A stretch of 64,000 nt of DNA. It comes from the human T2T-CHM13v2.0 reference genome, Homo sapiens. How positions within the stretch are numbered: position 1 is the stretch's first letter; every line of letters begins with the position of its first letter. Position numbers and translations under genes: made by a program. The notes beneath the pieces were generated by a model. That model was not told the origin of the DNA and made no database searches. It saw nothing but the letters and a program-made list of their open reading frames with translations. The DNA is taken from the NCBI RefSeq assembly GCF_009914755.1, contig NC_060931.1. The stretch is one strand, 5' to 3'. This document shows positions 37,935 through 50,999 of this stretch, piece by piece.

Positions 37935-40900
37935 TATTCTTTCATTCCTATTGGGAAGATAAAGGTAAAAACATGCCATATAGATTAATTTGCAGAATTA
38001 TTGTAATGTTAATATATCTAGGCCGTTGTCTAGACTAATTAAAAAAAATGAGGGGGACAAAAGGAAATTTAAATTAGCTAGAATAACAGAAATGTAACAA
38101 TAATGATTATGTCCAGTTTGATTAAATCTTGAAAAATTCAACTTAGTTTGCTTGTTTGTTAGATTTATTACTAAGTTATACAAGGCAGTAAAGGGTATTA
38201 GAAAATAACTTAATTCTATCATATGCCTAATTATATTAGCTACTCTTATCCACTATATAATGATTAATATTCACTGATAGTTGTTTTAGATTAATGACTA
38301 AGTGAATTTATGTCTGTTCAACATAATCGATGCTATACAACACATAACATTTATGTTAACATTTGAATCATATTAATAGTTATCAATGGAATTAATAGCA
38401 TTTTTCTTATAATTAGAACATGCAAAAGCTCCTTCCTTGCTTATAGGAAAGCATTATCAAACCAATAGCTTGTCATTAACAATGTTAAATATATAAAATA
38501 TTAATAATATATAGCAAATTGTTTACATGATAATTTTTTTTCATTTGAAGCAACATAGTGTTTGCCATTTGAATGATATTAAAATACAAAAAATGCTAAA
38601 AATAAGCAGTATAAAAAAGGTTTGTACTTAAGGAAAAATGCAAAATTTGAAAAATGCTGTTTCAGGCAAAGATTGGGATAAAGAAAAGGATGAAAAATAT
38701 ATAAGCTAAAATCTAGAAATCCCTTGGCAAAGAAAGACAGGCTCAATATTTAAATAAATCAGGAATAAACACAACTTGTCACAAACAAGTGACAAGGATA
38801 GAATTCAGCAAAAAATTTTCATTATGTCTAAAAAAAAATAAATACAGTCTAATAATTTAAGAGCATATTTCAGTCCTTCTTAAGCTTTAGTCAAATACAT
38901 ATGGTTTTAAGTGTCTTCTTGGTTTTACATTCAGAAGCACTTCTCTTCTATAAAACATGCTTGTTTATGCATATAAATACATATTTTTAAGAACTTATGG
39001 CGACATGTGTTCAAATATCGAATAGTTAATATATACATATATTTCAAAAAGAATTGCACTGAGAGATTTAAATTACTTTAAAATCGTCATGCTTACTGGA
39101 AGTATTGGGCATTTAAGTCAATCTGTAATTTTTTATGGTAATATAATTAGTATAGAAAGTTTTTAGGTGCAATGAGAACTTGTATTGAAGAGCACTATAA
39201 TATAATAAGGTGTCTTTTCACCTATGTATTTAATACCATGTGCATGAGTTATATATTTAATGTCATATGCATATCGGTTTTACTATCTATTTGAAAAATA
39301 ATTATGCTTTTAGGTGGCATATTTGCCAAGATTCTTTTCATTTTGGCATTTCTAATCATCCTGGAGTTTTTAATGTATAAAAATTATTTTTCTTTCATGT
39401 TGTAGATTACATTCAAATGGTATCTTGAACTAAATTATTAACAATAATGGGCATTTATGGAGATATCACTCATACATGAAATAAAATAGATTATTTTAGT
39501 CTTGCCATATCAGCACTGGTACTTATTCAAAACCATTATGCTTTTTCCTCCTATTAAAATTGATTACTTTGAATTTGAAATTGAGTATTTAAAGACTTAA
39601 AGAGGAAGGGCAGCAATATTCTTGATTATGCCACGGGGTGAGGGATTCAGTCCTGAAGGAAAATACTGAAGTTTCTCTATAGTTAATATCTCATCATGGA
39701 AAGTAAAAGCACTTGAAATTTTTGGACCAGGATGCAGAGAAACACAAAACATTTGCCAAAGATATAAGCAAAGCTTATTACAAGGTTGGGTTCATTGATA
39801 GTATTCACATTAATTTCTGCTGCAGAAAATAAGAGTGTCTTGAGAGCAAGGGCAAAGTTGCCTCATAAGGAGTTTTTCTTTTATTGTGTGAAAACTGCTT
39901 CAATACTCAAAGCTTAAGGGCATTTTGCTCTGGCATCACTTTGAAAATGCTTCCTTCTGCTTCAGTTACCAGAGGACGCCTAAGCTGATCTTGAAAGTGT
40001 TTACAGACATTGTTCTCATGTTCACAATTTATCAAATGCTTTTGGTGCATTACTAGAGATCTAGGCAACCTTTCAGTGCAAAGGACCATGAAACTACTCT
40101 TTCCCTAAGTTTTATAATAGCTTCATTATCTTTATTTAATGTTTGTGTAACTAATGAACCCCTAAAAATAAAACCATAAAATAGCATGATTGATCATTTG
40201 ACTTAATGAGTTAATATAACAGAGATTATAGATCCAAATGAAGATTGCAGTTTTGCCAATAACTTCTAAAAAATTTTTGAAGTGATCTTCAAATCATGTC
40301 AAATATCCTTTATCCATCTTTATTGGTGGTAAATTTTGCTTTTGGAAACAGTTGCACTAAATTAGGGGTCAAACTAGTGAATAAGTAAACAATTAAATAA
40401 TTACATTTCAGTGAAAAAAATAGATTATAAGCTAAGAGGTGTATTTCCATATCTGTTGCAGGTCTGTATTCTGTCGCTGAAGAGAGTGAGGATAATTCAG
40501 ATGACCCTGAGCGCCAAACAACTCAACGGTGTAAAAATAAGGCACAACCCCTGGAACTTTATAATACAAGTCATAACACAAATGAGACCTGGGTCATAAA
40601 GACCCAAAAGGAAATCAAAGAGTAGTCACAGCCCTGTGTTTGTTGCCAAATAATGTGTAAACCTTCTATTAAAAATGCTCAGTGAGTAGTTGTATTGAAA
40701 TGAATTGGATTGAGACAAAACAGTATTTTCTCTCCAGAGAGAAAATTAGTATTGATTCACTTTCTCCTTGAATTATTTTCTATTAAGAAATGTATAGACA
40801 AATAAGATAAATTATCTCTTTTTGCTTATAAAATATTGTATTGGAACTCCTCATCCAGATGAATACTAAGGGGATCTTTCATAGTTCTTAAGATAAAGAT

Positions 40901-41021
40901 TATTTTCACTCTCTAGGTTTCCACGGTATTCATTTGGGTCTATTTATGTCATTAGAGTACCCTTCTTGTTTTTACCCAAAGTCCGTATCATAAATGACTG
41001 TTAGATGTTCTGTGAAGAATA

Positions 41022-41036
41022 CCACAAGATGGCAGC
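41022..41036 (+). promoter_or_regulatory. Candidate CTCF core motif overlapping a YY1-like AAGATGGC
   Basis: CCACAAGATGGCAGC vs consensus CCASYAGRKGGCRS (one mismatch); motif match only. Confidence 0.4.
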
Positions 41037-42709
41037 ATTTCGGAAATGAATCCTTAGATTACTTCTGTATCCTATCTAAAATAACATAATAGCTTTGGTT
41101 ATATTTTTAGGGACTAAAAATATTCAGTTGTCATTTCAAGTGATTAAGAATTAATGATAGTATAAAATCTGTTTAGTAATAAGTTGTTTCCTTTAAGTAA
41201 TATAACTATCAGTTTGATTGTTCCAAAACATTAGTAAGCTTCATCAACATATAAATGAGTTGAAGCTAGAGAATTGTCAGTAGATTCATAAATCTCATAA
41301 TTGCTTACATGTTGGTCTATAACTATAACCATACTTTTAAATTGTTTGAAAAAATAACTCATCCTAAAAGACGTCAATTATATTTTGTTTCTGCATGATT
41401 GTTTAATAACCAGTTTTAGAACAAGAAATATAAATTAGCAATTACACATATTAAGTACATCATTTATATTTTTCAAAACAGTTCAGGTTTGGATATCATC
41501 GAGCTTCTCAATTTTAATTACTCTCATAAAACTCCAAAATGTTGCTTTTAAAAGAGAATATGGTTTTAACCAAAGAAAATGCTTTCATTTCAGATTTATA
41601 AGTATGTAAAATGCAGAAGGTAGAAGGCAGAAGGGTAGCAAATAGCTTTGAAATAAAAACTGTTATTCTCTTAATGCCTGATTTTAATTTCCAATTATCT
41701 GCTCAAAATTTTTAGAAAAAAATATTGCTACAGAATAGTCTAATAGTTGATAGAGCTACATCTGGGTGATGCTAATTATTTTTCTGGTGCCAAGACTCCT
41801 AGCTGTTGAAAAGTTACCAAAACTCATGGAAATATAATCCCAATATTTTAAATATTGTAAAAGTAGTACCTGTTTCTTAATACCCATCAATATTTAATAG
41901 AATATTTCATAATGCAGAACTTGACTTAGGAAGAAAACAAACCCCAAAATTTCTATTTGTCAGTGAAAGCTATTTTTAACCAAAGAAAAGAGAAGATATA
42001 AAAATGTATTTTCTAAAATAGTATTGCCACTGAGTTATAACAACTTGAATAAATTTCATTGAATAAACTGTAAACTATTTTGTGATGTCTTGCCAGAGGT
42101 AGTACTGTGTTTCTTTTGTTTGTTTGTTTCAATTACTTTACCTCTCTGTTTGCATTAGTTATAATTATCGATATAAATACATGTTAAAAGTTTCAATTTT
42201 GAGTACAGCTGTGTAATCTGCTGCAATGTTAACCCAAGTACAGAGTTTGCATGCTTGCTAGGGTTTTGTTCCATGATATGATGTAATAACCTCTCTATTG
42301 TCCCTAATTTATCCCAGCAGTCATCCCTTGTGCTAAAATTGGTTGTATAATATGAATACCTTGAGGTTTGTATTCAGAAAATGCTAGTTAAAAGTGTACC
42401 CCTCTGAGTAAGATACAGTTAAACTACAAACATCTGGGAAGATGTAATCAGAAAAAAAGTTTAATACTACAAGATAGAGCATATCATGTACAGTGCGTCA
42501 TACTTATTGGTGCAGATGTTACTCATTAAGCAGATGTCATACTTAACATACATGATTTTCTCCGCCCTAAAAAAACTAGTAGTTATCCATCATGAAAGAG
42601 ATGCACAGGGTAAATTAGATCCTTAGAACAAAGAGCTGAATATCCCAGATAAAGACATTAGACATTTTTAGTACATATCAAAGGGAAGCAAGCATTCTGC
42701 CATTCTTTC

Positions 42710-45700
42710 AGTATTTTATTATTAAAATTTAACAAGCATGAAGAAGTTTGAAGACATTTTGAGAATTTTGTGCTGATAATTAAACACTCACTTTTTAGAT
42801 TTGACAATTAAATTTTTATACATATTATACATCTTTCCACCTTTCCATTTCTGTAATGATCAGTCAATATACCTTATTGTGTATTTCAAATTAAGTTGTT
42901 GATACCCATATACTTTCTTCCAAATATTTAAGCATGCATATTATCAACTAATGTTTAATATTTGTAAACTGCTTAGGTAAATTTTATACACAACTGAATG
43001 CACAGATCTTAATTGTAGATGTCTCAGATATTTTGGCCAATGCATTCACCTGTGAAATCCAAACATTTAACAAAATGTAAAATGTTACCATCGCCTGAGA
43101 AATTTCCCTCTTGCTCTTTCAAAGTCAATACACATTCTCACCACCCCAAGAACAATGATGACTCTTTTGAATTTTCTCTACCATAAATCAATTTTGCTTT
43201 TTCCAGAAACTGAGAAAAATAGAAATAAACATTATGGTAAACATTATGTGTTATTCTATATAATGGTTTTTCATTCAACATAATATTTTTGAAATTAATA
43301 TTTGTTGCTGCCTAAATATTTTATTCTTTTTTATTGCGTAATAGTATTCCATTGTATGAATATGCAGCAGATTTTTAAAAATCTATTTCCACACTGAATG
43401 ACTTTCTGCTGTTTCCGGTTTGGAATGAAGCAATTATGAATAAATCAGCTTTGTTTTTTCACGTTTTTTAAAATTTTTATTCCCCTGAGCAAATATCAGA
43501 AACTGAAATTGTCAAGAAGAGGTATGCTAAGATTATAAGAAACTATCAGGCTTTTCGCCAAAAGTTAAGATGCTGAATTCAGGTCCAGCTAAGACGTCAT
43601 AGATTCATTTCTCCCTGTTCCTCCCCTTTAAGTACGATATAAAACCTGTGAATAATGCAAGAAGTAACCAAAAGAACTCTGCAAGGTGGTAAGGGAAAGG
43701 CAAAGTGGTTTGGAATACCAAGACTGAAGAAAGAACACAGTGCTAGGATGTTGTATGTGTCTCCACTAATAGAAGGGGAAGACTAGGTCTGGCATTCCCC
43801 AGTTCCCAGCCTAGGAAGAGCAGGCAGTACAGATTGCCTTATTCTTTCCTCTTACCCAACGAAAGTCATCTGACAACAAGCAGTATTGTATCACCATCAA
43901 GGAAAATCAGAACCTATTACCAACAAGCAACCATAGGAAGTACTCTCTTTTCCTGCTAGATCTGAACCTCCCCTCCTCCCCAGCCACCCCTTCCCCTATG
44001 GCCTTCCCTCATTGAGAGATACCACAGCAGCCAGGCAGCAGAGTAAAAAGAGACTAGACCAAAGCAACTGGAGAAATATGCTGGATCCATAGATTGGAAC
44101 ACTAATTATGATTATGGTGTTGATTCTTTCAGGCATAATTAATGGATTCAATGCCATTTCAGTCCAAATTCCAGCAAGTTACACTATAGATATTGACAAA
44201 CTGATTCTAAACAAGATTCTAAACTGTAAAAATGCTTATCTATGTACAGCAAAATGAATATATATATATATCTTATATGTCTCATAAAAATGAGCTCAAA
44301 TACACAATAGACCTAAATATAAAAATGAAAACCACAAAAACCTCTGCAAGGTGACATAGGAGCAAATCTCGGCGACAATGTGTTTGGTGATAACTTTTTA
44401 GATATAACACCAGAAACACTATCCATGAAAGGAAAAATTGATGTTAGGCTTCATTAAAATTTAAAAAATTTTTGTTCTGCAAAAGACAGTAGTAAGAGAT
44501 TGAAAAGACAAGCCACAGACTGCAAGAAAATCTTTGCAAAACACATAGGTGATAAAGGCCTGGCATCAAAAACATACAAAGACCTCCAAACTCAACAATG
44601 AGAAACAAACAATCCAATTTAAAAATGGGCAAAATGTCTAAACAGATACATCATCAAAGAAGATATCATTTTTCTTCTAGGATTGCAAATTAAAACAGCA
44701 ATGCCATAATAACCTACTAGAATGGTGGCTGGACTGGAGATAGAGTGGGGGTTGGAGGGGTTGGAAGTGTGGCCGTAAGGGCAGCATAAGGAAACCTTGT
44801 GCGGATGTGAATGTTCCGTATTTTGACCGTATCAATGCCAATATACTAATTGTGACCGTGTACTATAGTTGTAAAAGATGTTACCAATGCAAAAACTGGT
44901 TAAAGTGTTCATAGGATCTCTCTATTTTTTTTTACTTACAACTGTATGTAAATGTATAATTTTATAATTAAATATGTATTTATTTTTAAACATATGGACC
45001 ACAGTAATTCAAAACAATTTGTAAAAGACCTTTCCTTTTCCATTTGAATTGTTTTGATTTATTTATTGAAAATCAAATGATTGTATAAGTGTAGGTCTAT
45101 TTCTGGTCTTTTTCTTCCATTGATCTATTTGTCGATCTCATGTAAGTAACACACTCATTATGCTAAATGTATAATAATTCTTGATGTCTAGTAGTGCAAG
45201 TCCTTCAAATTTGTTCTTCTTTATAAAGCTGGATTTGAACTTTCTAAGTCCTCTGCATTTCCATATTTTAATGGGGGAATATCAATTTCTTAAAACAAAC
45301 CTAGTGTTATAATGCCTGAGACTTTTTATAGATCAATTTGGGAGAAATGGCATCTTAAATCTTCCAATCCATAAATATGAAAATATTCCCAATAACACTT
45401 AATTTCTCTCCACAGGGCTTTGTATCATTCAGCATAGTAGTTTTACTCCAATTTATTCCTAAACTTATTTTCTGGAGCTACGATGAATTACTTTTTTATT
45501 TTCAAATTGTTCATGCTACTATATAAGAATTTACCTAATCTAAAACTTTGTTATATTTACTTATTATTCATTTAGAGTAGTTCTTCTTTAGGTCACTTAA
45601 GGTTTTCTATGAAAGCAATTATGTCATCTGCAATTGTCCACTGCTGTAAAGGCTAGGACCTTCAGTAAAATGTTGAATAGAAATGGCAAAAAACAGATGT

Positions 45701-46400
45701 CTTTCTCCTGTTCTTGAGATTAGAGGGAAATATTTATTATTTTATCATTAAGTATAATTTTATTTGTATAAATTCCAAATAACATTTTTAATTGTCTTCA
45801 ATAGTTATAGTATATTTTCTTCTATACTTAATTTTCTGAATATTTTAACCTAAACTGATGTTGAATTTTTTCAAGTGATTTTGCTTCATTTATTAAATGA
45901 TTATATAGCTTTTCATCTTTATTCTGTGTATCTGGTAGTTAGATAGGTTTACTTTTTAATTTAAAACTCTTTTTATGTTCTTGGAAGAAATTTCTGTCAT
46001 GGTCTACAATTATTTTTATATACTGTAAAATTAATGTTTTAAATATTTTGATAGAATTTTTCTATATTCATGATAGATACTAGTCCATAATTTTCCTCTT
46101 CATTTGTAATATCTTTGTGAGTTAGTATTAGGTATATGGTATCTTCAGAATAAGTTTAATGATGCTTACTCCTCTTTTATTTTTAAAATACATGTGTGTC
46201 TTCTTATTTATTAAATATTTGATACAAATTACAAATTGCTGTAAATTGTTGTTTCCCTCTTTTCAAAAATCATTATTTTGCATTGCTTAATGGACAATGT
46301 CTGAAAACCTTGATTTCATGTATTTACGCCCGTATTTTTTGTTGTTTCAGTCAGGATTGTAAATTCCATCCGTAATACTTCACTTCGTCAGGAGCAGATA
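42710..46400. mobile_element. Mosaic of old L1M fragments (minus) with a plus-strand L1MC-type piece at ~43570-44990
   Basis: Plus: aaaagacaagccacagactg, ccaatttaaaaatgggcaaa, L1MC 3' end gtactatagttg..agatgttacc; minus: taggaccttcagtaaaatgttgaatagaaatgg. Confidence 0.75.
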
Positions 46401-48515
46401 TCCTTGTTTGCATTTTTTTTCTCTTTTAACTAGCTAATAGGCTTTTTTCTGTGCTTTTTTCCACTAGCTGGTAGATTTTTCCCCCTTTCTGGTAAAGTTG
46501 GAAATAAAGCCTGGAGCTAAAGCTTACATGAGCATACTGTTAATGCATGAGACTTCAATTTAGGGAAATCTTGTATAAAATAAATAAGCAAGTGAGGAAG
46601 AAATGGAGCAAAAACAAATTCATGAAAGTATCTTGCACAATTTGCCAAAGATTTTCTCTGGTTGCTCAGACACATGAGATATCTCTGCAGAGGCTATAAG
46701 TAAACACTTTCTTGCTAGTGGTCCATCAAAGAGAAAAAAGGTGAATGCTTTATAGGATAGCTCTTTCCAATATCCTGTAACCTTATGGCCAAGTCTGCTC
46801 CTCAAAATATTATTCCTTCTGTGCTGATGTTGTAGTATTCAGTGGTGTCATGTAATTGCTGAGGAAGCTGCAAACTTAGTGGACCCAGTTGGATCAGAAC
46901 TGGGTTGCTGGAGTTGCAGAATGTGTGACTGAGATTAAACCACAGCCTATCCCTTGCCTCCAGGTACAGCTGAGACAATCAGCAATAGAAGGATATAAAG
47001 TCAGTGCAATAGGGATCTAGGACCCCAGAAGTGATGTAAGTCTGTGTGACAGCAGCTCTGGCCAATAAAATAGACAAGGAGTTTAGGCCCCTTGGTCTGA
47101 TGTGATGAAACAGGTCTGGAGTGGCAGATAAAATGAATCTGCTACAGTACTTGAACAACTCCTCCCTTAAACTTTAGAAAAATAATAGGTAAGGAGTATT
47201 TGGAAGTATTAATTAGATATGTAAAACAATGGAAGTAAAAAATTATTATTTAATATTTTAATTTGCAGATACTGCTCCTATCTATCATTTATATAGGTAT
47301 ATATGTGCATATATATATGACTTTTCATTCTTAATTAAGATTTTTTAATTACTTCTCTCAGAGAAGTTAGAATAGAGAGATATAGATATATAGATATAAT
47401 GTTTTCATAAGTAGTTTCTGCCATTTATTTCAAAGTAAATTTCTAAATCTGGTGATCAGCCTTAATTTGTTTTTTTGTCTGCCTTTCAGCACTTGTTTTA
47501 TCTACCTTGGGTCTAGATGCCATTCCTTTTGAAAGTAATGGTATAAAAAGCCACACACACCAAGCTGTTATGAGCTATAAAATTTGAAAAGAGCTAAAAT
47601 CTGTGTTGTGTCTAGGAGTAAATATTTGCTGTTGATTCCCTTTAATGGTCACCTAGAGATCCCATCAAAGATATATGTAATAGCAAATATGAGGTTGCCA
47701 GATAATAAACCCTGGAATTCTGAATAGAATGGAAGAATAAGTCTCGACTAGGAAATAAAGATGGATTCTTAGAATTATTTCTTGCTGGGTCTCTTTAGTC
47801 ACCCTACCTCTGGAAAATAAATAGGCTTATATGTAGAAAGATAAGTGAAAAGTGAGATTTAAAAGTTAAGAGGTGCTCTTATGTAAAATACATTTTTGAG
47901 TATTATTTCATAAAAATAATTTATAAATAAACAATATTTTACTTAAATATAATTTCAAATTAGAGTTTGAGAAGATAAACAATGGAAATTATTTAAAAGA
48001 CATATCCTAGGTTTAAAATAGATGGAGGAGACAGATTTTCAGTACCTTATTAGGAGAAAATGGTCATAGCAAAAAATTATAATCCGGTGGATAGAAGACA
48101 AAAAAAAATTGAGCTCTAAGATTAATTCTAACTATATGCTTAATAATGGAAATGTTATATTTTCATATTGTGAAAGTGAAATATGACCCTTAACAAAACC
48201 TAACTTGGAAAATAGTTACTTTAAATATCTAACTTCTGGTCTGATATTTCTTGAAAAATAAGACTTCATCGTCATTAAAGGAAGCTAGTAATTAAATTAA
48301 GCTCTTGATTAGAAAACATAAGTGCAGAAAAATTAAGTGTTAATTTAACATTTATACAATTATTGAAAAAATAAATTCAAATGTTGATGCTTCTGACTTA
48401 ACATCTAGCTCCAGTATTATTTCCTACATGAAACCTGTTTTTACTTCCCAAATTAGACATTTATCCTTGCTCTTCAATGCTCATTTAATTGTTACCCATT
48501 TATGAAATTATCTTT

Positions 48516-48632
48516 TTTTTTTTTCTTGAGACATTGTCTCGCTCTGTCACCCAGGCTGTAGTGCAGTGACACAATCGTAGCTCACTGCAGCCTAGATCTC
48601 CAGGCTCAAGTGGTCCTCCCAGCTCAGCCCCG
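48516..48632 (-). mobile_element. 5'-truncated AluJ/monomer fragment
   Basis: gtctcgctctgtcacccaggctg..caggctcaagtggtcctccc; TSD atgaaattatcttt / atgaaattgtcttt. Confidence 0.88.
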
Positions 48633-49348
48633 AATGAAATTGTCTTTCATTAATCTATTCACAACAAATATTAAGCTCCACAACAGGATAAAAGTTGACA
48701 AATATTTTGAATGTTTACTCTATGCCAGGGATTTTACTAGCCACTGTGATTTTAAAAAGACACAGCCATTTCCTTAAAAGAATTTCCAGCCCTGTCATAA
48801 AAAAATAGAATTAAGTAAATAATAAACATTAAAATAGGTGAAAACAAAATGGGTTAAATTTTCCTACATAAAAGTCACTTGACTTTTCACAGATTGGTTA
48901 TTTGACAATTTTAAATTACTAAAATAAAATGGGAAGTAATATATATCACTATGATAAAGTATGTCTCTCTTCAGTAAATGTCAATTGAAATAGCAAAAGG
49001 CACAGTTGCTTTAATGGTGTATATCAGTATTTATTTGAGCAATTCCTTTATTAAAGTTATGTGTTTTATGCACATGTGCATGTGCAAACATAATATTCAT
49101 GAAAATTTATATTTCTTTTACAAAATGAAAACCATTTAACTCACATGAAGATTAACAAACAGAATCCAACTAGCAATTCATCATGCCCCCTCTATTGACT
49201 CACCACTCCAACAGTAACTACTATTTTGACCTGTAATGCTGTAAATTATTTTTGCTTGTTTTTGAAGTTTATATATAGACAACCATACATGATATACACT
49301 TGTGTCTGGCTTCTTTCAGTCAACACTACTTTTGTGAATTTCAGTCTC

Positions 49349-49737
49349 TGTATTAGTCTGTTTTCACACGGCGATAAAGAACTACCTGAGACTGGGTTAT
49401 TTATGAAGAAAAGAGGTTTAACTGACTCACAGTTCTCCAGACTTCACAGGAAGCATCACTGGGAGGCCTCAGGAAACTTATGATCATGGTGGGAAGCGAA
49501 GGGGAAGCAAAGCTTATCTTCTCATGGCAGCAAGAAAGAGAGAGAAAAAAATGGGGAGTGCCACACACATTAAAAAAAAAAAAAAACAGATCTCAATAAA
49601 ACTCCCTCACTATCACAAGAACAACAAGGGGAAAGTCTGCCCCCAATTCAGTCTCCTCCCACCAGGCCCCTCCTCCAATGCACAGGGATTACCATTCAAG
49701 ATGAGATTGGGTGGGGGCTCAGAGCCAAACCACATCA
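49349..49737 (-). mobile_element. MSTA-like solo LTR within an old L1ME fragment (~49130-49950)
   Basis: tgtattagtctgttttcacac..gaggcctcaggaaactta..cagagccaaaccacatca. Confidence 0.9.
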
Positions 49738-49979
49738 GTCATAAAAACATGTTCAATTTGTTTCATTGCATTGTTCTCTAGTATTGCATGATCTAAAATA
49801 TACCACACTGTAATAATCCATTCTCCTAGTGATGAATATCTGAATTGCACCCAATCTTCAGCTATTAAGAAAATTGCTGCTATTAGCATATATGCTAGTG
49901 GATATGTATTTATATTCGGCACATAGCTAGAAGAATTACTGGGTTCTTATAAATGACTCAAAGTTAAAAGTAATACTCT

Positions 49980-50610
49980 CAGGTTTGGGATGCTAAATGA
50001 TAAGATACTAAGGCCAAGAAAAATGATCAATCCAACACACATGCAGATACTTAATGAGAACAATATTGACATTTATTTTTCTTCAACCAGCCAAGTAGGT
50101 TTTGAGCCAGTGGAAAGAGAAAAACGCTATAGGGGCCTACTATCTTGTCAGAAACAGTCTGCCACTGCTTGAGCCACTGCTATGTCAAGAAGTGTGACCT
50201 CTGTTAGCAAGATATTCTTTCTATGACTTGCAGAAAGAGGTTGAAGTATCCTAATGATATGTTGCCTCAGTCTGAAAAAGTTTTTCAGTATTCTTCATCA
50301 GGAATGCTCCATAAGTGATGATCAATGACAGTTTGGTTGGATGGGCCTTAATGCTAAAACTTGCACTTTGAGCAGCCAAGTGTCTAAGCACAAACTTTAT
50401 CAATGTTCAGCGCTATTCCAAAATTTCTTTCCAAAGCAATCATCTTGTTTACATTACTTATTTTATGGTAAAAACTTGTTTTTAATTTTTTAAAACTTTT
50501 CTCAAAACAACATGTTCAAACACAAGCTTTACAGAAATATGTTTATACTATTTCTTAAAAACATGTTTACAATTTGGTAAGGTAGAATGAAAACACTTTC
50601 AACACAGATT
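49980..50610 (-). repeat. Copy 1 of a diverged ~650-bp direct repeat
   Basis: Colinear blocks shared with 57490-58140, e.g. caatattgacatttatttt and ggtaaaaacttgttttt..aaaacaacatgttcaaacacaag..aaatatgtttat. Confidence 0.8.
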
Positions 50611-50999
50611 TATTTGGATGGAGGAGGAGAATTTCTTTTTAGATTCATATACAAATCATGAGATTCACAAGCCATTTCTGGGAAGTTTCATCTATATTTT
50701 CTTGATTCTCACATGTCCACATCATGATTCCATATCTTGGTCACTATTTAAAAGTTTAGTATGCCTTTCTTAATAATTTATGAGTAATAAATTTCTGTTG
50801 TACATATATTATCTACATAGTTTTCATAATAGTTGCATTTCCTGGATTTCCATGGATGCAGAGATGTACCTTGTACAGTAATTATACCAGTGCTTCTTAA
50901 AAAGTGTACCTATAAGTCATATGTTGTGCAGAGTCTGGAAGGATGTTATAATATTCAAAATATTTCTGATTTTTAAAAAGTGCTTTTACATGGGCCAGG

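Noticed and set aside
50272-50288. Palindrome ctgaaaaa-g-tttttcag
   Set aside because: The arms are only 8 bp and mostly homopolymer, which is expected by chance.
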